DNA of 64,000 nucleotides from Candidatus Multivorans sp. (GTDB lineage Bacteria; Acidobacteriota; Thermoanaerobaculia; Multivoradales; Multivoraceae), in the NCBI GenBank assembly GCA_965247095.1, contig OZ251997.1, positions 4,387,689-4,451,688 on the forward strand. Direction: 5' to 3'. Of the stretch, positions 55,539 to 64,000 are shown one piece after another. Made by a program: the position numbers and the translations under genes. Numbering within the stretch: the stretch's first letter is position 1; the number at the start of each line of letters is the position of its first letter. The notes beneath the pieces were generated by a model. It was given only the letters and a program-made list of their open reading frames with translations. It had not been told where the DNA came from and searched no databases.

Positions 55539-55653
55539 CTTGTCTCCAAGAGAATGCTCTCAGTCATACTATTGGTGCAGAGTAGCATGGTACAGCCATG
55601 CGGGAACGCCGCCGTCTTCCTGAGCACGACGTCAGGCGGACCTGTCTGGGAAC

Positions 55654-56859
55654 TCAACCGCCGCCGGTGGCTTCGGCGCCTTCGGCGGCTGCGGCCTCAG
55701 GTTCTGGCAAACCGGTGCAGTCGCCGCAGTGGACATCGGCGACCGCCTCGCCCGCGGCGAGCTGTGCCACCCAGTCGCGCACGGTGACGCCGTCCGACTC
55801 GAAGCTGTAAAACTGCGGCCGCAGAATGATCGTGTGCAGCTCGCCCGGCGCGATGTAGCTCCGGTAGTTGTCCTGGTCTTCGAGCGCGGCGTCGATGTCC
55901 GCCTCGTTCGCGTCGAGCAGCGGCTGCAGGCCGTCCTCGGGGTTCGCGCCGGCGAGCATCAGGAAGCGCAGTTGGACATCGTCCTCGGCGGTGTCGTAGC
56001 GCGCGAACATGACCTCTGGGTGGGCCTTGGCAGCCTGGACGTACAGCGCCTCGAAGGAGAAGTCCTCGTTGGTGACGTCGCTCATGTTCTCGAAGTGGGA
56101 GAGCGCCTCGAGCGTTCCCCAGGCCTCGTGCGGCCGGCTGTCGCCGATCTGCCGGTAGCCCCCGGCGCCGTCGCCGAGCGCGGTGATCCGCGCGTCGGCG
56201 TAGTGCTCCGCGAAGTGGCGCGCGTAGACCGGCGAGGGAATCGAGCCGGCGCTCGAGCCGGTGATGAAGACCGTCTCGGGTCCCAGGAAGTACTCGTAGG
56301 TCCAGTCGAGAGCGGCCTTGCCGTTCGTGTAGCCCCGGTGGTGGACGGTGACCTCGCGCGCCGGCGCCTCTTCCGTCGCCTCCACTTGGTAGACCGCGTC
56401 GCGGTCGCCGATGTGGACATCGCCGGTGCAGTAGGGCACAAAGACGAAGCTGTGGTCGGCGAACGGGTTCTCGGGGTGGTTGAACGCGGCAATGCCGTGG
56501 GCCGCTTGCTCTTCGGGCTCGGTGCCGCTGGCGGACCGCATCTCTTCGAGCGCGGTCATCGTGTAGCTGGACTGCCCGTGCGGGTCGCAGGTCTGCGCGT
56601 TCCAGCAACCGCCGCCGCCCTGCAGGTAGAAGACGAGCTGGGTCGGATCGCCGGAGCGGACGAAGAAGCGGAAGGGCGAGCCGTCGGAGCAGGTCGTGTC
56701 TCCGCCGGGCGTGATCGTGTTCCAGCCCTCCTGCAGATCGGCGAGGGGCGCCTCGAGATCGACCGGTTCGGGTGCTTCCTCGCCCGCGGTGCAGGCGAGG
56801 GCGGCGACGGCGAAGAGGGAGGCGACCGCGAGTTGGCGGGTGAGTTGTCGGTGCATCAT
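55654..56859 (-). CDS. Pectin-acetylesterase/Notum-like family hydrolase, secreted
   Basis: The ATG-ATG at ~56854-56859 is preceded by AAGGA (MMHRQLTRQLAVASLFAVAALACTAG). Motifs LQGGGGCWNAQTC and ITGSSAGS. The N-terminal half of the listed ORF is Thr/Arg-rich. Confidence 0.65.
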   Translation of the reverse strand: MMHRQLTRQLAVASLFAVAALACTAGEEAPEPVDLEAPLADLQEGWNTITPGGDTTCSDGSPFRFFVRSGDPTQLVFYLQGGGGCWNAQTCDPHGQSSYTMTALEEMRSASGTEPEEQAAHGIAAFNHPENPFADHSFVFVPYCTGDVHIGDRDAVYQVEATEEAPAREVTVHHRGYTNGKAALDWTYEYFLGPETVFITGSSAGSIPSPVYARHFAEHYADARITALGDGAGGYRQIGDSRPHEAWGTLEALSHFENMSDVTNEDFSFEALYVQAAKAHPEVMFARYDTAEDDVQLRFLMLAGANPEDGLQPLLDANEADIDAALEDQDNYRSYIAPGELHTIILRPQFYSFESDGVTVRDWVAQLAAGEAVADVHCGDCTGLPEPEAAAAEGAEATGGG

Positions 56860-56887
56860 TGTGGTTTTTCCTTGAATGGTGTGGAGG

Positions 56888-57781
56888 TCAACGGCCGGGC
56901 GCCAGGGCGGCCAGCGCCTCGAGGTCCGTGCCCGGCTTGCCGTCGGGCCGGAACGGTTGGATGCAGACGTGGTCGGCGCCGGCGTCCCAGTGGGCCTGGA
57001 TCCGTTCGCGGAGCTGATCCTCGGCGCCCCAGGCGACGAGAGCGTCGACCAGGCGGTCGCTGGCCTGGAAGTCCTTCCAGTCGTCCTCGTTGAAGCCGAG
57101 TTCGAGCAGGCTGTTCCGGTAGTTCGGCGCCCGCAGGTAGACGTACAGGTTGGCGCGGCCGATCTTGCGGGCGGCATCGGCGTCCGTGGTCAGGATCACC
57201 TTCTGCTCGGGGCACAGGAGCGGTCCTTCGCCGAGGATCTCGCGCGCCCTGCGGGTGTGCTCCGGAGTGACCAGGTAGGGATGGGCGCCGTCGGCGCCTG
57301 TTGCGGCCAGCTTCAGCATCAGGGGTCTCAAAGCGGCGATCACGATCGGCGCTTCCTGCTCGGGTTCGGGTCCGCGATAGAACGCCTTGCCGACCGCTTC
57401 GAGGTACTCGCGCATCTTCGGCACCGGCGGTTTGTACTCGTGGCCTCGCAGATGGGTGACCAGGTGCGGATGGGAGACGCCGAGCCCGAGAACGAAACGC
57501 CCGGGCAGCATCTCGGACAGGGTCTTGTGCACAGCCCGCGTGGTCATCGCGTCGCGGGCGTAGATGTTCGCGATGCCGGTGGCGAGCGTCAGGCGCTCGG
57601 TGCGGCCGGCGAGATAGCCGATCAGCGCGAACGGGTCGCGGCCGATCGCCTCCGGAATCCACAGCGCTCCATATCCCTGCGCTTCGATTCCGTTGGCGAA
57701 GTCGGCCGCCTGCGGCGCCGAGAGGCCGTCGAGCCCGGCCCATACGCCGAGCCTGCCGAGAATGGTTGCTGAATCCGCCAT
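56888..57781 (-). CDS. LLM-class (luciferase-like) F420/flavin-dependent oxidoreductase
   Basis: The ATG at ~57779-57781 is preceded by GGAGG (MADSATILGRLGVWAGLDGL...). TIM-barrel LLM features. Confidence 0.75.
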   Translation of the reverse strand: MADSATILGRLGVWAGLDGLSAPQAADFANGIEAQGYGALWIPEAIGRDPFALIGYLAGRTERLTLATGIANIYARDAMTTRAVHKTLSEMLPGRFVLGLGVSHPHLVTHLRGHEYKPPVPKMREYLEAVGKAFYRGPEPEQEAPIVIAALRPLMLKLAATGADGAHPYLVTPEHTRRAREILGEGPLLCPEQKVILTTDADAARKIGRANLYVYLRAPNYRNSLLELGFNEDDWKDFQASDRLVDALVAWGAEDQLRERIQAHWDAGADHVCIQPFRPDGKPGTDLEALAALAPGR

Positions 57782-57873
57782 CGCGCAAGGTTCCTCCGGT
57801 CGTGGAATGGTCGCCGACGGTATCAAGAGAGCGCCGGTCCTCGAGGAGTCGGCGGTGCTAACGTCCCCGCCCG

Positions 57874-58590
57874 ATGACGATGGCAAATGCGAGACGCGGC
57901 TGGGCCTGGGAGCACTGGTTCGGCCTGGTGGGGCTCGCCGTGTTGATCGCGGGCGTCTACATCGGCCTGTTCGTGGCGCCCAGAGAGCGCAACATGGGCG
58001 ATGTCTATCGCATCCTCTACGTCCACGTGCCGTTGCAGTGGAATGCGCTGGTCTGCTTCTTCGGCGCCGGCTTCGTGGGCGCCGCCTCGCTGTGGACGCG
58101 CAAGGCCTGGGTCGACGGCATGCTGGCCGGGGTGATCGAGGTCGGCGTCGTGCTCGAGACGGCGGGCCTGCTCTCCGGCATCGTCTGGGCCAAGCCGACC
58201 TGGGGCGTCTACTGGGTCTGGGATCCGCGGCTGACCTTCACCTTCGTGATGTGGCTTACCTTCCTCGGTGTGATGGCTTTGCGGCGCTTCGCCGAAGAGC
58301 ACCGGCGGGCGCCCTGGACGGCGGCGGCGAGCATCGTCGCCTCGGTCAACGCGCCCCTGGTCTACTACTCGGTCAACTGGTGGCGCAGCATCCACCAGAT
58401 GCAGTCATCGCCCGAGACCGTCCACACGACGATGATCCTGCCGCTGCGGATCAACGCGATCGCTCTGCTCCTGGTCTGCGTGTGGTTCGTCGCCCGTCGC
58501 TCCCGCATCTCCCTGGCGCGGCGGCAGGCCGAGGCGACGCCGATGCCAGCTCGGATCGGACGGACGCCTTCAGGGCTGCTCGACAGTTAG
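57874..58590 (+). CDS. ccmC: Heme exporter protein C (cytochrome c maturation CcmC)
   Basis: 238 aa, 6 TM helices, with the Trp-rich WWD motif AKPTWGVYWVWDPRLTF. Confidence 0.8.
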   Translation: MTMANARRGWAWEHWFGLVGLAVLIAGVYIGLFVAPRERNMGDVYRILYVHVPLQWNALVCFFGAGFVGAASLWTRKAWVDGMLAGVIEVGVVLETAGLLSGIVWAKPTWGVYWVWDPRLTFTFVMWLTFLGVMALRRFAEEHRRAPWTAAASIVASVNAPLVYYSVNWWRSIHQMQSSPETVHTTMILPLRINAIALLLVCVWFVARRSRISLARRQAEATPMPARIGRTPSGLLDS

Positions 58591-59295
58591 GCGACACAGC
58601 AGCGTATTGTGCGTTTCGAGGTCGGCTGACCAGATCAGACGCGCTCCGTCCCGCCACTGAATGTCCTCGTAGCCATCCTTCGGTCTCACCGCGGCTGCGC
58701 TGTGCTCCACCGCTGACGGCCATTCGGCGTGGTCGAATCCAAGCATGCGCCAGCCGTCAGGCTCTGCCGTCGCTGCGAACTGGCATGGGCCGACGCCGGG
58801 CACCGGTTCGGTCTCGTCTTCGCAAGCGCGGTCGAGCGGCGCCTCATGGATCACCAGGCATCGCCAACCAGCATTCGTGACTGCGATCGTCGCTCCCGTG
58901 GCGGTATCCGTGAACTGTGCAATGAGTCCGCCATCGCCCATCTGCTGGTTACGGCGACCGATGTACTCCAGACCTGTACCGTCCTCCTTGAAGTCCTTGG
59001 CGACGACGTTCAATTGCAAGGGGTACTCCGCGTTGAAGACGAATGTCTCGGCATTGAAGGACCGCTCCGTCGTGATCGGCGTCGAATCCTCGATGATCAG
59101 GCGTTCGCCCAGATAGAAGGCGAACCAGTTGTCGGCCCAGACCTCGCCCTTGATGGACAGGGCGCCCGGACTGTTGACAACGGTGACGTTGGGCGGATCG
59201 TCGCAACCGGCCAGCAAGGCCGCCAAGATCGCCAACCCGAGCGGCGCGATCCGCGCCGCTCGTGAACCGGTCCATGTGCCCGTCATCGGGCGCAT
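58570..59295 (-). CDS. Lipoprotein (lipobox LLAGC)
   Basis: Start at the ATG at ~59293-59295 or ~59284-59286 (MRPMTGTWTGSRAARIAPLGLAILAALLAGC). The n-region is encoded by a type-B repeat copy. Its 3' end overlaps the ccmC 3' end by ~21 nt (convergent). Confidence 0.5.
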   Translation of the reverse strand: MRPMTGTWTGSRAARIAPLGLAILAALLAGCDDPPNVTVVNSPGALSIKGEVWADNWFAFYLGERLIIEDSTPITTERSFNAETFVFNAEYPLQLNVVAKDFKEDGTGLEYIGRRNQQMGDGGLIAQFTDTATGATIAVTNAGWRCLVIHEAPLDRACEDETEPVPGVGPCQFAATAEPDGWRMLGFDHAEWPSAVEHSAAAVRPKDGYEDIQWRDGARLIWSADLETHNTLLCRLTVEQP

Positions 59296-59305
59296 GGATG
59301 ACAGG
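59238..59305. repeat. Type-B MITE/REP-like element copy (variant), followed by a (CAAGGT)x3 tandem at 59305-59325
   Basis: gagcggcgcgatccgcgccgctcgtgaaccggtccatgtgcccgtcatcgggcgcatgg (hairpin GAGCGGCGCG/CGCGCCGCTC), then ggtcaaggtcaaggtcaaggtc. Confidence 0.6.
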
Positions 59306-59410
59306 TCAAGGTCAAGGTCAAGGTCTTTCGCATAGTGGGTCTCATCTAAGTGCATACGTGGAACGGTGGGTTCTGTTTCCGCGATCCAAGAGTAACCGCT
59401 GGCTAGATGG

Positions 59411-61480
59411 TCAAGGCAGCGCGAACGCCAGCAGCTCCGGCACAAAGTCGGTCTCCGCGCGCCCGGCCACGGTCAGTGCGATGTACTGCCGGCCCTCGTA
59501 CACATACGTCATCGGCGTGCCGAGGCCGCGCGCGGGCAGCGGCACCTCGGCGATCACGTCGCCGGTGCGCTTGTCCCGCGCCACCAGGCGGTTGCCGCCG
59601 TCGTCGTCGTCGGCGTGCTGGCCGTGGATCAGCAGGGTCTTGGTCAAGAGCGGCCCGGTGTAGGTGTCGCCGCCGAGGGGCGGCAGGTCGAGGTGCTCCA
59701 GGCGCGGGTGCCGGCGCAGCCGGCCGTTGTTGCCGAGCGGCTTCATCCACACGTGCTCGCCGGTGTTCAGATCGATCGCGGTCATGCGCGTATAGGGCGG
59801 CTTGAACAACGGCAGACCCTCGGGCATCTCGGGCCGCCGGCCGCGGCCGCCGTGGGTGTAGCGGAGAGTGCCGCCCTCCAGCGGATCCGGCGTGTAGAAC
59901 GTGACCATGCTGAACACGTTCCTCGACGGCACGTAGAGCCAGCCGGTCTCCGGGTCGACCGCGGCGCCGTACCAGTTCGCGCCGCCGCCGGCCGAGGGCC
60001 GGAAGATCGTGCCCAGCTTGCCGCCGCGCACCGGCAGCGACGGCGGCGTGAACAGGGGGCCGATCTCGAAGTCCTTGATCACGTCGAGCGCCATCTGGCG
60101 GATCTCGGGCGTGAAGTCGGCCAGATCGTCTTCGGTCACTCCCTGGTACTCGAAGGGCACCGGCTTGGTCGGAAACGGTTGGGTGGGGGATGCCGTGTCG
60201 CCGGGCATCGTCGCCGGCGGCACCGGACGCTCTTCGATCGGCCACACCGCCTCGCCGGTGACGCGGTCGAAGACGTAGAGGAAGCCCTGCTTGCTGACCT
60301 GGGCGACGATCTGCCGGGGTTCGGCGCCGTCTCTGCCCGGAAGGTCGATCAGCGTCGGCGCGGCCGGGAAGTCGTAGTCCCAGAGGCCGTGGTGGACGGC
60401 CTGGAAGTGCCAGAGCTTGTCGCCGGTCTCGACGTCGACCGCGACCAGGCTCTCCGAGTACAGGTTGTCGCCCGGCCGGTGGCCGCCGTAGTAGTCGTTC
60501 GTCGCGGTGCCGATGGGCAGGTAGACGATCCCGTGCTCGTTGTCGCCGGAGAGCATCGTCCACACGTTCGCGTTGCCGGAGTAGCGCCAGGACTCGTCGC
60601 CCCAGGTCTCGACCCCTTCGTCGCCCTCCTGCGGCACGGTACGGAACACCCAGCGCAACTCGCCGGTGCGCGCGTCCCAGCCGCGCACCCAGCCCGGGAT
60701 CGACTCCTTGGTGACCCGTCGGTCGGCGATCGAAGCGCCGGTGACGACGACGTCGCGGACCACGACCGGAGGCGACTGCATCGAGTAGAGGAGGGCGTTC
60801 AGGTAGTCCCGCTCGCCGCGGTTGGCGCGCGGCAGACCCTCCATCAGGTCGACGCGGCCTCCGTCCCCGAACTCCTCGATCGGCCGCCCCGTCCGGGCAT
60901 CGACCGAGATCAGGTAGCCGTCCCCCGTGCCCCAGTAGACGCGGCTGTCCGCCTTGTCGCCCTCCTCGCCGTTGGTCCAGTAGGCGACGCCGCGCTGGTT
61001 CCAGACCACGGTCATCGTGGTGGTGCCCTTCTCGTAGCTCTTCGGGTTGTAGGCCCAGACCGTCTCGCCGGTCGCCGGGTGAACCGCGGCGCCTATCGAG
61101 ATCGGCGTGTTCAGCAGCAGCAGACCGTCCTGCATCAGAGGCGTCGCCTTCAGGTTGCGGATGAAGGGGGCGCGCCCCGCACGCCAGAGCAGCGGATCCT
61201 CGTCGAGCAACTGGTCGAAGATCAGGTCGCGGTTGGCGTACCACTCGCCGCCCGACTCCGTCTTGCTGAGAAATCCGTCGACCGAACGCCAGCGCCAGAC
61301 GTTCTCCAACTGGCCGAAGTTGCCGGCGTCGATCTGGTCGAGCGGCGAGTACTTCGTCGATCCCACGTCGCCGCCGTAGCTCGGCCACTCGCCGGCCGGC
61401 GCGCCGTGTTGGCCGCCTGACGGCGCGGCCAGGAGACCGGCGCAGACGGCGGCGGCAGCGGCGATGCGGATCCTCGGCAT
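59411..61480 (-). CDS. PQQ-dependent (quinoprotein) dehydrogenase, paralog of 18015..20036
   Basis: 689 aa with signal peptide [54 protein letters not shown] matches [34 protein letters not shown] of the paralog. GGGANW and IGPLFTPP are conserved. The listed 59403..62462 1019-aa Arg-rich ORF is a frame artefact. Confidence 0.8.
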   Translation of the reverse strand: [689 protein letters not shown]

Positions 61481-61610
61481 GTTCCTGTCTCGGGTGTGGG
61501 CGGAAGGCGGTCGCCAATCGTACCTTCCGGCCCACTGGGTCCTGTGCCGGAGACGGGTTGAAGCCGGCGCCCGGCGCTAAGCTCGCCGGGGAACCGCACA
61601 GAGAGGACCG

Positions 61611-62810
61611 ATGGGGAAATCGCAGCAGTTGCGTGTGGGCATCGTCGGCGCCGGATTCCTGGCCGAGACCAGGGCGCGCTGCTGGAGGCAGGTGCGTTCC
61701 GCCGATGTCGCCGGCGTCGTCGCCCGACGCCGCGAACGAGCCGAGGCCTACGCGCAACGCTTCGACGTGCCGGCCGTGTTCGACGATCTCGACGCGATGC
61801 TCGAGAGCCCCTCGATCGATGTCGTCGACCTGTGCGTGCCGAACAGCCTTCACCGGGAGATGACCGAGGCCGCCGCGGCGGCCGGAAAGCACGTCATCTG
61901 CACCAAACCCCTGACCGCCTACACCGGCCAGGATCTGCCGGAGTCGGCCAGCGACGACGAAGTCGCCGGCCGGGATCGAGGCGAGATGCTGCGGGTTGCG
62001 GAGCGGGACGCGCGCGCGATGGTCGACGCCGCAAGGCAGGCGGGTGTGCAGCTCCTCTACGGCGAGAACTGGATCTACGCGCCGGCCTTCCGCCGCGCTC
62101 AGGCGTTGCTGGAACAGGCCGACGGCGTGCTCCTCGAGATGCGCGGCGGCGAGTGCCACAGCGGCTCCCACTCGCCCTACTCGCGGATTTGGCGCCACAC
62201 CGGCGGCGGCGCCCTGATCCGGCTTGCCGCGCATCCGGTCGGCGCCATGCTGCACCTGAAGCGGGTCGAGGGCCTGCGCCGGCGCGGCAAGCCGGTGCGG
62301 CCGGCGTGGGTCAACGCCGAGACCGCCGATCTCAGCGCAGTCGCCGGTGTACCCAAAGAGGAATTGCGGATCGCGGGGGAATGGGGCGAGGTCGAGAACT
62401 GGGGCTGCGCTGTGATCGGCTTCGACGACGGTTCGCGCGCCGTCGCCTGGGGCGGCGACCACGTCCTCGGCGGCATGGAGAGCGGCCTCGACTTGTTCGC
62501 AAGCAATTGCCGGCTACGCCTCAACCTGAGCCCGAACGACATGCTCCGGGCCTACACGCCCGACGGCAGCGTCTTCGGCGACGCTTACATCATGGAGAAG
62601 ATCGACTCGGGCGCCGGTTGGACTACGCCCATGCCGGACGAGGACTGGACCTCCGGCCAACTCGGCATGTGCCAGGCATTCGCTGCCGCGCTCCTGAACG
62701 GCGAGCCCGCCGAGTCCGACGGCGAACTGGGCCTGGAGGTCGTGCGGGTGCTGTATGCGGCCTACGTGGCGGCGGCGGAGGGGCGGAGGGTTGACTGTCG
62801 CGAAACCTAG
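61611..62810 (+). CDS. Gfo/Idh/MocA-family NAD(P)-dependent oxidoreductase
   Basis: RVGIVGAGFLAETRARCW Rossmann start. Family-typical EKP-like segment (ICTKPL). Confidence 0.8.
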   Translation: MGKSQQLRVGIVGAGFLAETRARCWRQVRSADVAGVVARRRERAEAYAQRFDVPAVFDDLDAMLESPSIDVVDLCVPNSLHREMTEAAAAAGKHVICTKPLTAYTGQDLPESASDDEVAGRDRGEMLRVAERDARAMVDAARQAGVQLLYGENWIYAPAFRRAQALLEQADGVLLEMRGGECHSGSHSPYSRIWRHTGGGALIRLAAHPVGAMLHLKRVEGLRRRGKPVRPAWVNAETADLSAVAGVPKEELRIAGEWGEVENWGCAVIGFDDGSRAVAWGGDHVLGGMESGLDLFASNCRLRLNLSPNDMLRAYTPDGSVFGDAYIMEKIDSGAGWTTPMPDEDWTSGQLGMCQAFAAALLNGEPAESDGELGLEVVRVLYAAYVAAAEGRRVDCRET

Positions 62811-62906
62811 CCATATGGTTAGCTAGATTCGTTGGGTCGGGGGCGACGTCACTACAGCGCGACTTGAATCCGGTTCGAGCGCCCCTGCCACACCAGGAGC
62901 TATGCC

Positions 62907-63140
62907 ATGCACGTTGTCAACGTCCATCAAGCCAAGACTCAACTCTCGCGACTGCTGGCGCAGGTCGAGGCAGGTGAGGATGTTGTCATCGCCCGCCGGG
63001 GTGAGCCCGTGGCGCGGCTCGTCGGCTGCAAGCCCGTAACCAAGCGCCAGCCGGATGTCCTCAAGGGCCGGGTTGTCGTTCCGGACAGCTTCTTCGACCC
63101 GTTGCCGGATGAGGAACTGGCAGCGTGGGAAGGCAAGTAA
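62907..63140 (+). CDS. Phd/YefM-family antitoxin
   Basis: 77 aa: MHVVNVHQAKTQLSRLLAQVEAGEDVVIARRGEPVARLV. Confidence 0.8.
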   Translation: MHVVNVHQAKTQLSRLLAQVEAGEDVVIARRGEPVARLVGCKPVTKRQPDVLKGRVVVPDSFFDPLPDEELAAWEGK

Positions 63141-63143
63141 GCA

Positions 63144-63530
63144 GTGCATGCCCTGTTGGACACCCATGCGTTGCTCTGGTGGGTTGCCGACAGCGGGCGC
63201 CTTTCCGAGACCGCGCGTCTCGTGATCGCGGACGACGCGAACGACATTTCCGTCAGTGCCGCTTCGGCCTGGGAGATCGCCACCAAGTACCGGCTGGGCA
63301 AGCTACCGGGAGGCGAGCGCGTTGCGGCTGATGTTGTCGGCTGCATAGGCAGCCAGGGCTTCAGGGAACTGGCGATCAGTGTCGCGGATGCTGAACGCGC
63401 CGGACGGTTGGCCGGACACCATCGTGATCCCTTTGATCGAATGCTCATAGCCCAGGCGTTGGCGCGCGACCTTCCGGTCGTCTCCATTGACCGGGCGTTT
63501 GACGCTTACGCTGTCGACCGTCTGTGGTGA
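63144..63530 (+). CDS. vapC: PIN-domain toxin VapC
   Basis: 128 aa: MHALLDTHALLWWVAD... with the conserved acidic residues. Lies 3 nt after the antitoxin. Confidence 0.85.
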   Translation: MHALLDTHALLWWVADSGRLSETARLVIADDANDISVSAASAWEIATKYRLGKLPGGERVAADVVGCIGSQGFRELAISVADAERAGRLAGHHRDPFDRMLIAQALARDLPVVSIDRAFDAYAVDRLW

Positions 63531-63540
63531 GGGACTTGAG

Positions 63541-64000
63541 ATGAGGAGAAACGACGTGACAAGGATGATCTGTTGGTTGGCAGTGCTGCTCATGAGCGCC
63601 GGCCCCGGCGTTGTCGGCGCCGAGGAGACGGTGGGCAAGAACCCGGGAAAGTTCAAGGGGCGGTGGCTGAAGGTCTACGACCGCGAGGCTCTCAAGTCAT
63701 TCGAAGTGGTCGTCATTGGTGAGACGACGACGGATATCGCCTGGAAGAAGGCCAGCAATGAAGCGCCGTTGCAGGAGCGGGAACTGGATTCCCAGTTGCG
63801 GGAGCAACTCCTTGAGCGACTGAGCAACTTCGGGCTGTACCGGACGGTGCACTCTGAGCCGCAGGCGACGAACGAAGACAACTACATGCGGGTCGACTGT
63901 GAACTGGAAGTCGAGCCGGGCAGCCAGATGCTCCGGTACGCCGTGGGTGGAGGCGCCGGAAAGTCCAGATCTCTTCTCGAGTGTGAGTTCGTCGACCAGG
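63541..64000 (+). CDS. Hypothetical secreted protein (partial; continues past the window end)
   Basis: MRRNDVTRMICWLAVLLMSAGPGVVGAEE... signal peptide. No stop before the window end. Confidence 0.4.
   Translation, partial: MRRNDVTRMICWLAVLLMSAGPGVVGAEETVGKNPGKFKGRWLKVYDREALKSFEVVVIGETTTDIAWKKASNEAPLQERELDSQLREQLLERLSNFGLYRTVHSEPQATNEDNYMRVDCELEVEPGSQMLRYAVGGGAGKSRSLLECEFVDQ

Noticed and set aside
59305-59325. (CAAGGT)x3 tandem as a possible microsatellite or phase-variation tract
   Set aside because: Only three units, and it lies just upstream of or overlapping the lipoprotein start. Too short to argue slippage-based switching. Mentioned only as a possible repeated TTGACC -35-like motif.
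59403-62462. 1019-aa minus-strand ORF
   Set aside because: Arg/Pro/Gly-rich with no motifs. It overlaps the well-supported PQQ dehydrogenase (another frame) and the Gfo/Idh/MocA gene (opposite strand).

Overview
This is a gene-dense stretch of a very GC-rich bacterial chromosome (by eye roughly 65-70% GC; not computed). I found about 50 protein-coding genes and no rRNA, tRNA, CRISPR array, integrase or transposase. The high GC content generates many long Arg-rich out-of-frame or antisense ORFs in the supplied track; I rejected those. Genes I can support: (i) a minus-strand operon (1-10884) of alternating secreted ASPIC/UnbV (CRTAC1-like FG-GAP) proteins and TPR proteins, headed by a PLP-dependent decarboxylase; (ii) four toxin-antitoxin loci (RES-Xre, an antitoxin with a truncated PIN remnant, an orphan ParD, Phd-VapC); (iii) housekeeping genes (eno, pfkA, leuS, pntAA-pntAB-pntB, glycerate 2-kinase, rpmE2); (iv) a metal cluster (HMA-tailed permease divergent from a DtxR-FeoA-FeoA fusion and feoB, with a DtxR-box-like palindrome between them); (v) two paralogous PQQ-type quinoprotein dehydrogenases; (vi) a DUF1592 / SEC-C protein / DUF1552 cluster; (vii) a secreted metzincin-FN3-LRR protein carrying a +1 frameshift. 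The most interesting locus is a long minus-strand operon (46701-53557). It couples ornithine-lipid genes olsB and olsA to an 879-aa alpha/beta-hydrolase + DedA + ATP-grasp fusion, and sits next to an unusual ferric-reductase-like heme-b membrane domain fused to a Rieske [2Fe-2S] domain. Two families of short palindromic REP/MITE-like repeats are scattered at gene boundaries. They flank eno and pfkA, are inserted in-frame inside one ASPIC gene, form the C-terminal tail of the Rieske protein, and seed many spurious ORFs (MVRGWRG..., MTGARSGSRVAR..., ...[11 protein letters not shown]...). All coordinates I derived by hand may be off by 1-3 nt.
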